The notes beneath the pieces were generated by a model, which did no database searches, was not told where the DNA came from, and saw only the letters and a program-made list of their open reading frames with translations. A stretch of DNA of 64,000 nt from the human T2T-CHM13v2.0 reference genome, Homo sapiens. This document shows, piece after piece, positions 1 to 12,400 of this stretch (its first letter is position 1; each line of letters opens with the position of its first letter). The stretch is from assembly GCF_009914755.1 (NCBI RefSeq), contig NC_060925.1. The stretch is one strand, 5' to 3'. The translations under genes and the position numbers were made by a program.

Positions 1-633
1 AGATTCCACCGAAAGAGTGTTTCCAAACTGCTGCATCAAAAGGAATCCTCAGCTCCGTGAGTTGAATGCAATCATCACCAAGAGGTTTCTGACAATGCTT
101 CTCTCTAGTTTTTATGTGAAGATATTTCCTTTTCCAACACAGGCCTGAAAGCGTTCCAAATGTCCACCTGGACGCTCTACGAACAGAATGTTTCAAAACT
201 GCTCTATGAAAAGCAATGTTATACTCTGGGAGTTGAACACAAGCCTCACAAAGGAGTTTCTGAGAATGCTTCTGTTTACTTTTTACGTGTGGATATTCCC
301 GTTTCCAAAGAAGTCTTCACAGAGTTCCACCTATCCATTTGCAGATGCTAGCAAAAGACAGTTTCAAAACTGCTCTATCAAAAGGAATGTTCAACTCTGT
401 GAGTTGCATGCAATCATCACAGAGAAGTTTCTGAGAAGGCTTCTGTCTAGATTTTATGTGAAGATATAGCCGTTTCGAACGAAGGCCACAAAGTGCTCCA
501 AATATCCACTTGCAGGTCCTCCAAAAAGAGTGTTTCAAACGTGAACTACCAAAGGAAGGCTCAACTCTGGACTTTGAATGCCAACGTCAGAAAGATGTTT
601 CTGCGAAAGCTTCTGTTTAGTTAGGTGACGTTA

Positions 634-650
634 TCCCGTTTCCAACGAAA
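634..650 (-). promoter_or_regulatory. CENP-B box, intact (representative; first of 3 usually intact boxes per HOR)
   Basis: tcccgtttccaacgaaa is the reverse complement of TTTCGTTGGAAACGGGA, which matches the core NTTCGNNNNANNCGGGN. Confidence 0.93.
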
Positions 651-969
651 TCCTCAGAGAGGTCCAAATATCCACCTGCAGAGTCTACAAAAAGTGTGTT
701 TCAAAACTGCTCCACCCAAAGGAATGTTCAGCTCTGTGAGTTGAAGTCAATCATCCCAAAGTATTTTCTGAGAATGCTTCTGTCCAGTTTTTACCTGAAG
801 CTGTTTCCTTTACTACCGTAGGCCTCAAAGCGTTCCAAATCTCCACTTGCAGATAGTACGAAAAGAGCGTTTCAACCTGAACTCACAAGGGAAGGTTCAA
901 CTCTGTCAGTTGAATGCCAACATCACAAAGAAGTTCTGAGAATGTTCCTCTTCAGTTATGTGAGGTTTA

Positions 970-986
970 TCCCGTTTCCAACGAAA
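970..986 (-). promoter_or_regulatory. CENP-B box, intact (representative; second per HOR)
   Basis: tcccgtttccaacgaaa, two monomers (336 bp) after the box at 634. Confidence 0.93.
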
Positions 987-2581
987 TTCTCAGAGAAGTC
1001 CCAAAATCCACTTGCATATTCTACAAAAGGTGTGTTTTGAAAATGCGCCATCAAAAGATATGCTCAGCTCTGTGAGTTAAACTCAATCATCGCAAAGAAT
1101 TTTCTCAGAATGCTTCTGTCTTGTTTTTAGATGAAGTTCTTTCCTTTACTACGATAGGCCTCAAAGAGGTCCAAATCTCCACTTGCAGATTCTGCAGGAG
1201 TGTTTCAAACCTAAACTGTCAGAGAAAGGTTCAACACTGTGAGTTGAATGCAAGCTTCACGAAGAAGGTTCTGAGAATGCTTCTGTTTACGTAGGTGACT
1301 TTTCTCCCAAATCCAACGAAATCCTCAGAGCGGTCCAAATCTCCACTTGCAGATTCTACACAAAGTGTGTTTGGAAACTGCTCCATCCAAAGGAATGTTC
1401 AGCTCTGTGAGTTGTACTCAATCGTCACAAAGTGTTTCCTGGGAATGCTCCTGTCTCGTTTTTATGTCCAGTTATATCCTCTACTGCCATAGGCCTCAAT
1501 GCGGTCCAAATCTCCCCTTTCAGATCCTACCAAAAGTGTGTTTCCAAACGGCTCCATCAAAGGGAATGTTCAACTCGGTGACTTGAATGCAATCATCACA
1601 AAGCAGCTTCTGAGAATGCTTCCATGTAGCTTTGATGACAAGATATTTCCTTTTCCACCCCAGGCCTCAAAGCCCTCCAAATGTCCCCTTGCAGATGCTA
1701 GAAAGAGAGGGTTTCAAAGCTGCTCTATCAAAAGGAAAGTACAACTCTGTGAGTTGAATGCAAACATCACAAGGAAGTTCCTGAGCATGCTTTCGTTTAG
1801 CTTTTATGGGAAGATTATCCCTTTTCCATCGAAATGTTCAAAGAGGTCCACATATCCGCTTGCAGATTCCACCGAAAGAGTGTTTCCAAACTGCTGCATC
1901 AAAAGGAATCCTCAGCTCCGTGAGTTGAATGCAATCATCACCAAGAGGTTTCTGACAATGCTTCTCTCTAGTTTTTATGTGAAGATATTTCCTTTTCCAA
2001 CACAGGCCTGAAAGCGCTCCAAATGTCCACTTGGAGGCTCTACGAAAAGAATGTTTCAAAACTGCTCTATGAAAAGCAATGTTATACTCTGGGAGTTGAA
2101 CACAAGCCTCACAAAGGAGTTTCTGAGAATGCTTCTGTTTACTTTTTACGTGAGGATATTCCCGTTTCCAAAGAAATCTTCACAGAGTTCCACCTATCCA
2201 TTTGCAGATGCCAGCAAAACTAGAGAGTTTCAAAACTGCTCTATCAAAAGGAATGTTCAACTCTGTGAGTTGCGTGCAATCATCACAGAGGAGTTTGTGA
2301 GAAGGCTTCTGTCTAGATTTTATGTGAAGATATAGTCGTTTCGAACGAAGGCCACAAAGTGCTCCAAATATCCACTTGCAGGTCCTCCAAAAAGAGTGTT
2401 TCAAACGTGAACTACCAAAGGAAGGCTCAACTCGGGACTTTGAAAGCCAACGTCAGAAGGATGTTTCTGCGAAAGCTTCTGTTTAGTTATGTGACGTTAT
2501 ACCGTTTCCAACGAAATCCTCAGAGAGGTCCAAATATCCACCTGCAGAGTCTACAAAAAGTGTGTTTCAAAACTGCTCCAC

Positions 2582-3929
2582 CCAAAGGAATGTTCAGCTC
2601 TGTGAGTTGAACTCAATCATCCCAAAGTATTTTCTGAGAAGGCTTCTGTCCAGTTTTTACATGAAGCTGTTTCCTTTACTACCGTAGGCCTCAAAGCGTT
2701 CCAAACCTCCACTTGCAGATACTACGAAAAGAGCGTTTCAACCTGAACTCACAAGGGAAGGTTCAACTCTGTCAGTTGAATGCCAACATCACCAAGAAGT
2801 TCTGAGAATGTTCCTCTTCAGTTATGTGAGGTTTATCCCGATTCCAACGAAATTCTCAGAGAAGTCCCAAAATCCACTTGCATATTCTACAAAAGGTGTT
2901 TTTGGAAAATGCGCCATCAAAAGATATGCTCAGGTCTGTGTGTTAAACTCAATCATCACAAATAATTTTCTGAGAATGCTTCTGTCTTGTTTTTAGATGA
3001 AGTTCTTTCGTTTACTACGATAGGCAACAAAGAGGTCCAAATCTCCACTTGCAGATTCTGCAGAAGGAGTGTTTCAAACCAGAACTGTCAGAGAAAGATT
3101 CAACACTGTGAGTTGAATGCAAGCATCACGAAGAAGGTTCTGAGAATGCTTCTGTTTACGTAGGTGAGTTTTCTCCCGTATCCAACGAAATCCTCAGAGC
3201 GGTCCAAATCTCCACTTGCAGATTCTACACAAAGTGTGTTTGGAAACTGCTCCATCCAAAGGAATGTTCAGCTCTGTGAGTTGAAGTCAATCATCCCAAA
3301 GTATTTTCTGAGAATGCTTCTGTCCAGTTTTTACATGAAGCTGTTTCCTTTACTACCGTAGGCCTCAAAGCGTTCCAAACCTCCACTTGCAGATACTACG
3401 AAAAGAGCGTTTCAACCTGAACTCACAAGGGAAGGTTCAACTCTGTCAGTTGAATGCCAACATCACCAAGAAGTTCTGAGAATGTTCCTCTTCAGTTATG
3501 TGAGGTTTATCCCGATTCCAACGAAATTCTCAGAGAAGTCCCAAAATCCACTTGCATATTCTACAAAAGGTGTGTCTTGAAAATGCGCCATCAAAAGATA
3601 TGCTCAGCTCTGTGAGTTAAACTCAATCATCGCAAAGAATTTTCTGAGAATGCTTCTGTCTTGTTTTTAGATGAAGTTCTTTCCTTTACTACGATAGGCC
3701 TCAAAGAGGTCCAAATCTCCACTTGCAGATTCTGCAGAAGGAGTGTTTCAAACCTGAACTGTCAGAGAAAGGTTCAACACTGTGAGTTGAATGCAAGCAT
3801 CACGAAGAAGGTTCTGAGAATGCTTCTGTTTACGTAGGTGAGTTTTCTGCCATATCCAACGAAATCCTCAGAGCGGTCCAAATCTCCACTTGCAGATTCT
3901 ACACAAAGTGTGTTTGGAAACTGCTCCAT
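2582..3929 (-). repeat. Tandem duplication of a 674-bp, 4-monomer segment, giving a 15-mer HOR structural variant
   Basis: Landmarks repeat at +674 (ORF starts 3164 and 3838; ccaaaggaatgttcagc at 2582, 3256, 3930). The HOR period here is 2051 to 4594 = 2543 = 1869+674. A hybrid monomer lies at ~3241-3310. Confidence 0.93.
3174..3190 (-). promoter_or_regulatory. CENP-B box, intact core (representative; third per HOR)
   Basis: tcccgtatccaacgaaa is the reverse complement of TTTCGTTGGATACGGGA; all 9 core positions are retained. The equivalent box in the first HOR (1305-1321, cccaaat) is broken. Confidence 0.85.
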
Positions 3930-6400
3930 CCAAAGGAATGTTCAGCTCTGTGAGTTGAACTCAAGCGTCACAAAGTGTTTCCTGGGAATGCTCCTGTGTC
4001 GCTTTTATGTGCAGTTATATCCTCTACTGCCATAGGCCTCAAGGCGGTCCAAATCTCCCCTTTCAGATCCTACCAAAAGTGTGTTTCCAAACGGCTCCAT
4101 CAAAGGGAATGTTCAACTCGGTGACTTGAATGCAATCATCCCAAAGCAGCTTCTGAGAATGCTTCCATGTAGCTTTGATGAGAAGATATTTCCTTTTCCA
4201 CCCCAGGCCTCGAAGCCCTCCAAATGTCCCCTTGCAGATGCTAGAAAGAGGGGGTTTCAAAGCTGCTCTATCAAAAGGAAAGTAGAACGCTGTGAGTTGA
4301 ATGCAAACATCACAAGGAAGTTCCTGAGCATGCTTCCGTTTAGCTTTTACGGGAAGATTATCCCTTTTCCATAGAAATGTTCAAAGAGGTCCACATATCC
4401 GCTTGCAGATTCCACCGAAAGAGTGTTTCCAAACTGCTGCATCAAAAGGAATCCTCAGCTCCGTGAGTTGAATGCAATCATCACCAAGAAGTTTCTGACA
4501 ATGCTTCTCTCTAGTTTTTATGTGAAGATATTTCCTTTTCCACCGAAGGCCTGAAAGCGCTCCAAATGTCCACTTGGAGGCTCTACGAAAAGAATGTTTC
4601 AAAACTGCTCTATGAAGAGCAATGTTATACTCTGGGAGTTGAACACAAGTCTCACAAAGGAGTTTCTGAGAATGCTTCTGTTTAGTTTTTACGTGAGGAT
4701 ATTCCCGTCTCCAAAGAATTCTTCACAGAGTTCCACCTATCCATTTGCAGATGCCAGCAAAACTAGAGAGTTTCAAAACTGCTCTATCAAAAGGAATGTT
4801 CAACTCTGTGAGTTGCGTGCAATCATCACAGAGAAGTTTCTGAGAAGGCTTCTGTCTAGATTTTATGTGAAGATATAGCCGTTTCGAACGAAGGCCACAA
4901 AGTGCTCCAAATATCCACTTGCAGGTCCTCCAAAAAGAGTGTTTCAAACGTGAACTACCAAAGGAAGGCTCAACTCGGGACTTTGAAGGCCAACGTCAGA
5001 AGGATGTTTCTGCGGAAGCTTCTGTTTAGTTAGGTGACGTTATCCCGTTTCCAACGAAATCCTCAGAGAGGTCCAAATATCCACTTGCAGAGTCTACAAA
5101 AAGTGTGTTTCAAAACTGCTCCACCCAAAGGAAGGTTCAGCTCTGTGAGTTGAACTCAATCATCCCAAAGTATTTTCTGAGAAGGCTTCTGTCCAGTTTT
5201 TACATGAAGCTGTTTCCTTTACTACCGTAGGCCTCAAAGCGTTGCAAACCTCCACTTGCAGATACTACGAAAAGAGCGTTTCAACCTGAACTCAGAAGGG
5301 AAGGTTCAACTCTGTCAGTTGAATGCCAACGTCACCAAGAACTTCTGAGAATGTTCCTCTTCAGTTATGTGAGGTTTATCCCGTTTCCAACGAAATTCTC
5401 AGAGAAGTCCCAAAATCCACTTGCATATTCTACAAAAGGTGTGTCTTGAAAATGCGCCATCAAAAGATATGCTCAGCTCTGTGAGTTAAACTCAATCATC
5501 GCAAAGAATTTTCTGAGAATGCTTCTGTCTTGTTTTTAGATGAAGTTCTTTCCTTTACTACGATAGGCCTCAAAGAGGTCCAAATCTCCACTTGCAGATT
5601 CTGCAGAAGGAGTGTTTCAAACCTGAACTGTCAGAGAAAGGTTCAACACTGTGAGTTGAATGCAAGCATCACGAAGAAGGTTCTGAGAATGCTTCTGTTT
5701 ACGTAGGTGAGTTTTCTCCCTTATCCAACGAAATCCTCAGAGCGGTCCAAATCTCCACTTGCAGATTCTACACAAAGTGTGTTTGGAAACTGCTTCATCC
5801 AAAGGAATGTTCAGCTCTGTGAGTTGAACTCAATCGTCACAAAGTGTTTCCTGGGAATGCTCCTGTTTCGCTTTTATGTGCAGTTATATCCTCCACTGAT
5901 ATAGGCCCCAAAGCGGTCCAAATCTCCCCTTTCAGATTCTACCAGAAGTGTGTTTCCAAACGGCTCCATCAAAAGGAATGTTCAACTCGGTGGCTTGAAT
6001 GCAATCATCACAAAGCAGCTTCTGAGAATGCTTCCATGTAGCTTTGATGAGAAGATATTTCCTTTTCCACCCCAGGCCTCGAAGCCCTCCAAATGTCCCC
6101 TTGCAGATGCTAGAAAGAGGGGGTTTCAAAGCTGCTCTATCAGAAGGAAAGTACAACTCTGTGAGTTGAATGCAAACATCACAAGGAAGTTCCTGAGCAT
6201 GCTTCCGTTTAGCTTTTACGGGAAGATTATCCCTTTTCCATCGAAATGGTCAAAGAGGTCCACATATCCGCTTGCAGATTCCACCGAAAGAGTGTTTGCA
6301 AACTGCTGCATTAAAGGGAATCCTCAGCTCCGTGAGTTGAATGCAATCATCACCAAGAAGATTCTGACAATGCTTCTCTCTAGTTTTTATGTGAAGATAT

Positions 6401-6417
6401 TTCCTTTTCCACCGCAG
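6401..6417 (-). other. A-type (pJalpha-like) box of an A monomer (representative)
   Basis: ttccttttccaccgcag is the reverse complement of CTGCGGTGGAAAAGGAA and occupies the monomer position where B monomers carry the CENP-B box. Confidence 0.7.
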
Positions 6418-9400
6418 GCCTGAAAGCGCTCCAAATGTCCACTTGGAGGCTCTACTAAAAGAATGTTTCAAAACTGCTCTATGAAAAGCAATGTTATACT
6501 CTGGGAGTTGAACACAAGCCTCACAAAGGAGTTTCTGAGAATGCTTGTGTTTACTTTTTACGTGAGGATATTCCCGTTTCCAAAGAAGTCTTCACAGAGT
6601 TCCACCTATCCATTTGCAGATGCTAGCAAAAGAGAGTTTCAAAACTGCTCCATCAAAAGGAATGTTCAACTCTGTGAGTTGCATGCAATCATCACAGAGA
6701 AGTTTCTGAGAAGGCTTCTGTCTAGATTTTATGTGAAGATATAGCCATTTCGAACGAAGGCCCCAAAGTGCTCCAAATATCCACTTGCAGGTCCTCCAAA
6801 AAGAGTGTTTCAAACGTGAACTACCAAAGGAAGGCTCAACTCGGACTTTGAAGGCCAACGACAGAAGGATGTTTCTGCGAAAGCTTCTGTTTAGTTAGGT
6901 GACGTTATCCCGTTTCCAACGAAGTCCTCAGAGAGGTCCAAATATCTACCTGCAGAGTCTACAAAAAGTGTGTTTCAAATCTGCTCCACCCAAAGGAATG
7001 TTCAGCTCTGTGAGTTGAACTCAATCATCCCAAAGTATGTTCTGAGAATGCTTCTGTCCAGTTTTTACATGAAGCTGTTTCCTTTACTAACGTAGGCCTC
7101 AAAGCGTTCCAAACCTCCACTTGCAGATAGTGCGAAAAGAGCGTTTCAACCTGAACTCACAAGGGAAGTTTCAACTCTGTCAGTTGAATGCCAACATCAC
7201 CAAGAAGTTCTGAGAATGTTCCTCTTCATTTATGTGAGGTTTATCCCGTTTCCAACGAAATTCTCAGAAAAGTCCCAAAATCCACTTGCATATTCCACAA
7301 AAGGTGTGTTTGGAAAATGCGCCATCAAAAGATATGCTCAGCTCTGTGAGCTAAACTCAATCATTGCAAAGAATTTTCTGAGAATGCTTCTGTCTTGTTT
7401 TTAGATGAAGTTCTTTCCTTTACTACGATAGGCCTCAAAGAGGTCCAAATCTCCACTTGCAGATTCTGCAGAAGGAGTGTTTCAAACCTGAACTGTCAGA
7501 GAAAGGTTCAACACTGTGAGTTGAATGGAAGCATCACGAAGAAGGTTCTGAGAATGCTTCTGTTTACGTAGGTGACTTTTCTCCCGTATCCAGCGAAATC
7601 CTCAGAACGGTCCAAATCTCCACTTGCAGATTCTACACAAATTGTGTTTGGAAACTGCTCCACCCAAAGGAATGTTCGGCTCCGTGAGTTGAACTCAATC
7701 GTCACAAAGCGTTTCCTGGGAATGCTCCTGTCTCGCTTTTATGTGCAGTTATATCCTCTACTGCCATAGGCCACAAAGCGGTCCAAATCTCCCCTTTCAG
7801 ATACTACCAGAAGTGTGTTTCCAAACGGCCCCATCAAAGGGGATGTTCAACTCGGTGACTTGAATGCAATCATCACAAAGCAGCTTCTGAGAATGCTTCC
7901 ATGTAGCTTTGATGAGAAGATATTTCCTTTTCCACCCCAGGCCTCGAAGCCCTCCAAATGTCCCCTTGCAGATGCTAGAAAGAGGGTTTTCAAAGCTGCT
8001 CTATCAGAAGGAAAGTACAACTCTGTGAGTTGAATGCAAACATCACAAGGAAGTTCCTGAGCATGCTTCCGTTTAGCTTTTAGGGGAAGATTATCCCTTT
8101 TCCATCGAAATGTTCAAAGAGGTCCACATATCCGCTTGCAGATTCCACCGAAAGAGTGTTTCCAAACTGCTGCATCAAAAGGAATCCTCAGCTCCGTGAG
8201 TTGAATGCAATCATCACCAAGAAGTTTCTGACAATGCTTCTCTCTAGTTTTTATGTGAAGATATTTCCTTTTCCACCGCAGGCCTGAAAGCGCTCCAAAT
8301 GTCCACTTGGAGGCTCTACGAAAAGAATGTTTCAAAACTGCTCTATGAAGAGCAATGTTATACTCTGGGAGTTGAACACAAGCCTCACAAAGGAGTTTCT
8401 GAGAATGCTTCTGTTTACTTTTTACGTGGGGATATTCCCGTTTCCAAAGAAGTCTTCACAGAGTTCCACCTATCCATTTGCAGATGCCAGCAAAACTAGA
8501 GAGTTTCAAAACTGCTCTATCAAAAGGAATGTTCACCTCTGTGAGTTGCGTGCAATCATCACAGAGAAGTTTCTGAGAAGGCTTCTGTCTAGATTTTATG
8601 TGAAGATATAGCCGTTTCGAACGAAGGCCACAAAGTGCTCCAAATATCCACTTGCAGGTCCTCCAAAAAGAGTGTTTCAAACGTGAACTACCAAAGGAAG
8701 GCTCAACTCGGGACTTTGAAGGCCAACGTCAGAAGGATGTTTCTGCGGAAGCTTCTGTTTAGTTAGGTGACGTTATCCCGTTTCCAACGAAATCCTCAGA
8801 GAGGTCCAAATATCCACCTGCAGAGTCTACAAAAAGTGTGTTTCAAAACTGCTCCACCCAAAGGAAGGTTCAGCTCTGTGAGTTGAACTCAATCATCCCA
8901 AAGTATTTTCTGAGAAGGCTTCTGTCCAGTTTTTACATGAAGCTGTTTCCTTTACTACTGTAGGCCTCAAAGCGTTCCAAACCTCCACTTGCAGATACTA
9001 CGAAAAGAGCGTTTCAACCTGAACTCACAAGGGAAGGTTCAACTCTGTCAGTTGAATGCCAACGTTACCAAGAACTTCTGAGAATGTTCCTCTTCAGTTA
9101 TGTGAGGTTTATCCCGTTTCCCACGAAATTCTCAGAGAAGTCCCTAAATCCACTTGCATATTCCACAAAAGGTGTGTTTGTAAAATGCGCCATCAAAAGA
9201 TATGCTCAGCTCTTTGAGTTAAACTCAATCATCGCAAAGAATTTTCTGAGAATGCTTCCGTCTTGTTTTTAGATGAAGTTCTTTCCTTTACTACGACAGG
9301 CCTCAAAGAGGTCCAAATCTCCACTGGCAGATTCTGCAGAAGGAGTGTTTCAAACCTGAACTGTCAGAGAAAGGTTCAACACTGTGAGTTGAATGCAAGC

Positions 9401-12400
9401 ATCACGAAGAAGGTTCTGAGAATGCTTCTGTTTACGTAGGTGACTTTTCTCCCGTATCCAGCGAAATCCTCAGAGCGGTCCAAATCTCCACTTGCAGATT
9501 CTACACAAAGTGTGTTTGGAAACTGCTCCACCCAAAGGAATGTTCAGTTCTGTGAGTTGAACTCAATCGTCACAAAGCGTTTCCTGGGAATGTTCCTGTC
9601 TCGCTTTTATGTGCAGTTATATCCTCTACTGCCATAGGCCTCAAAGCGGTCGAAATCTCCCCTTTCAGATTCTACCAAAAGTGTGTTTCCTAACGGCCCC
9701 ATCAAAGGGGATGTTCAACTCGGTGACTTGAAAGCAATCATCACAAAGCAGCTTCTGAGAATGCTTCCATGTAGCTTTGATGAGAAGATATTTCCTTTTC
9801 CACCCCAGGCCTCAAAGCCCTCCAAATGTCCCCTTGCAGATGCTAGAAAGAGGGGGTTTCAAAGCTGCTCTATCAAAAGGAAAGTACAACTCTGTGAGTT
9901 GAATGCAAACATCACAAGGAAGTTCCTGAGCATGCTTCCGTTTAGCTTTTACGGGAAGATTATCCCTTTTCCATCGAAATGTTCAAAGAGGTCCACATAT
10001 CCGCTTGCAGATTCCACCGAAAGAGTGTTTCCAAACTGCTGCATCCAAAGGAATCCTCAGCTCCGTGAGTTGAATGCAATCATCACCAAGAAGTTTCTGA
10101 CAATGCTTCTCTCTAGTTTTTATGTGAAGATATTTCCTTTTCCAACGCAGGCCTGAAAGTGACCCAAATGTCCACTTGGAGGCACTACGAAAAGAATGTT
10201 TCAAAACTGCTCTATGAAAAGCAATGTTATACTCTGGGAGTTGAACACAAGCCTCACAAAGGAGTTTCTGAGAATGCTTCTGTTTACTTTTTACGTGAGG
10301 ATATTCCCGTTTCCAAAGAAGTTTTCACAGAGTTCCACCTATCCATTTGCAGATGCCAGCAAAACTAGAGAGTTTCAAAACTGCTCTATCAAAAGGAATG
10401 TTCAACTCTGTGAGTTGCGTGCAATCATCACAGAGAAGTTTCTGAGAAGTCTTCTGTCTAGATTTTATGTGAAGATATAGCCGTTTCGAACGAAGGCCAC
10501 AAAGTGCTCCAAATATCCACTTGCAGGTCCTCCAAAAAGAGTGTTTCAAACGTGAACTACCAAAGGAAGGCTCAACTCGGGACTTTGAAGGCCAACGTCA
10601 GAAGGATGTTTCTGCGGAAGCTTCTGTTTAGTTAGGTGACGTTATCCCGTTTTCAACGAAATCCTCAGAGAGGTCCAAATATCCACATGCAGAGTCTACA
10701 AAAAGTGTGTTTCAAAACTGCTCCACCCAAAGGAAGGTTCAGCTCTGTGAGTTGAACTCAATCATCCCAAAGTATTTTCTGAGAAGGCTTCTGTCCAGTT
10801 TTTACATGAAGCTGTTTCCTTTACTACCGTAGGCCTCAAAGCGTTCCAAACCTCCACTTGCAGATACTACGAAAAGAGCGTTTCAACCTGAACTCACAAG
10901 GGAAGGTTCAACTCTGTCAGTTGAATGCCAACGTCACCAAGAACTTCTGAGAATGTTCCTCTTCAGTTATGTGAGGTTTATCCCGTTTCCAACGAAATTC
11001 TCAGAGAAGTCCCAAAATCCACTTGCATATTCTACAAAAGGTGTGTCTTGAAAATGCGCCATCAAAAGATATGCTCAGCTCTGTGAGTTAAACTCAATCA
11101 TCGCAAAGAATTTTCTGAGAATGCTTCTGTCTTGTTTTCAGATGAAGTTCTCTCCTTTACTACGATAGGCCTCAAAGAGGTCCAAATCTCCACTTGCAGA
11201 TTCTGCAGAAGGAGTGTTTCAAACCTGAACTGTCAGAGAAAGGTTCAACACTGTGAATTGAATTCAAGCATCACGAAGAAGGTTCTGAGAATGCCTCTGT
11301 TTACGTAGGTGAGTTTTCTCCCGTATCCAGCGAAATCCTCAGAGCGGTCCAAATCTCCACTTGCAGATTCTACACAAAGTGTGTTTGGAAACTGCTCCAA
11401 CCAAAGGAATATTCAGCTCTGTGAGTTGAACTCAATCGTCACAAAGTGTTTCCTGGGAATGCTCCTGTCTCGCTTTTATGTGCAGTTATATCCTCTGCTG
11501 CCATAGGCCTCAAAGCGTTCCAAATATCCCCTTTCAGATTCTACCAGAAGTGTGTTTCCAAACGGCTCCATCAAAGGGAATGTGCAACTCGGTGACTTGA
11601 AAGCAATCATCACAAAGCAGCTTCTGAGAATGCTTCCATGTAGCTTTGATGAGAAGATATTTCCTTTTCCACCCCAGGCCTCGAAGCCCTCCAAATGTCC
11701 CCTTGCAGATGCTAGAAAGAGGGGGTTTCAAAGCTGCTCTATCAGAAGGAAAGTACAACTCTGTGAGTTGAATGCAAACATCACAAGGAAGTTCCTGAGC
11801 ATGCTTCCGTTTAGCTTTTACGGGAAGATTATCCCTTTTCCATCGAAATGTTCAAAGAGGTCCACATATCCGCTTGCAGATTCCACCGAAAGAGTGTTTC
11901 CAAACTGCTGCATCAAAAGGAATCCTCAGCTCCGTGAGTTGAATGCAATCATCACCAAGAAGTTTGTGACAATGCTTCTCTCTAGTTTTTATGTGAAGAT
12001 ATTTCCTTTTCCACCGCAGGCCTGAAAGCGCTCCAAATGTCCACTTGGAGGCTCTACGAAAAGAAAGTTTCAAAACTGCTCTATGAAGAGCCAAGTTATA
12101 CTCTGGGAGTTGAACACAAGCCTCACAAAGGAGTTTCTGAGAATGCTTCTGTTTACTTTTTACGTGGGGATATTCCCGTTTCCAAAGAAGTCTTCACAGA
12201 GTTCCACCTATCCATTTGCAGATGCCAGCAAAACTAGAGAGTTTCAAAACTGCTCTATCAAAAGGAATGTTCACCTCTGTGAGTTGCGTGCAATCATCAC
12301 AGAGAAGTTTCTGAGAAGGCTTCTGTCTAGATTTTATGTGAAGATATAGCCGTTTCGAATGAAGGCCACAAAGTGCTCCAAATATCCACTTGCAGGTCCT

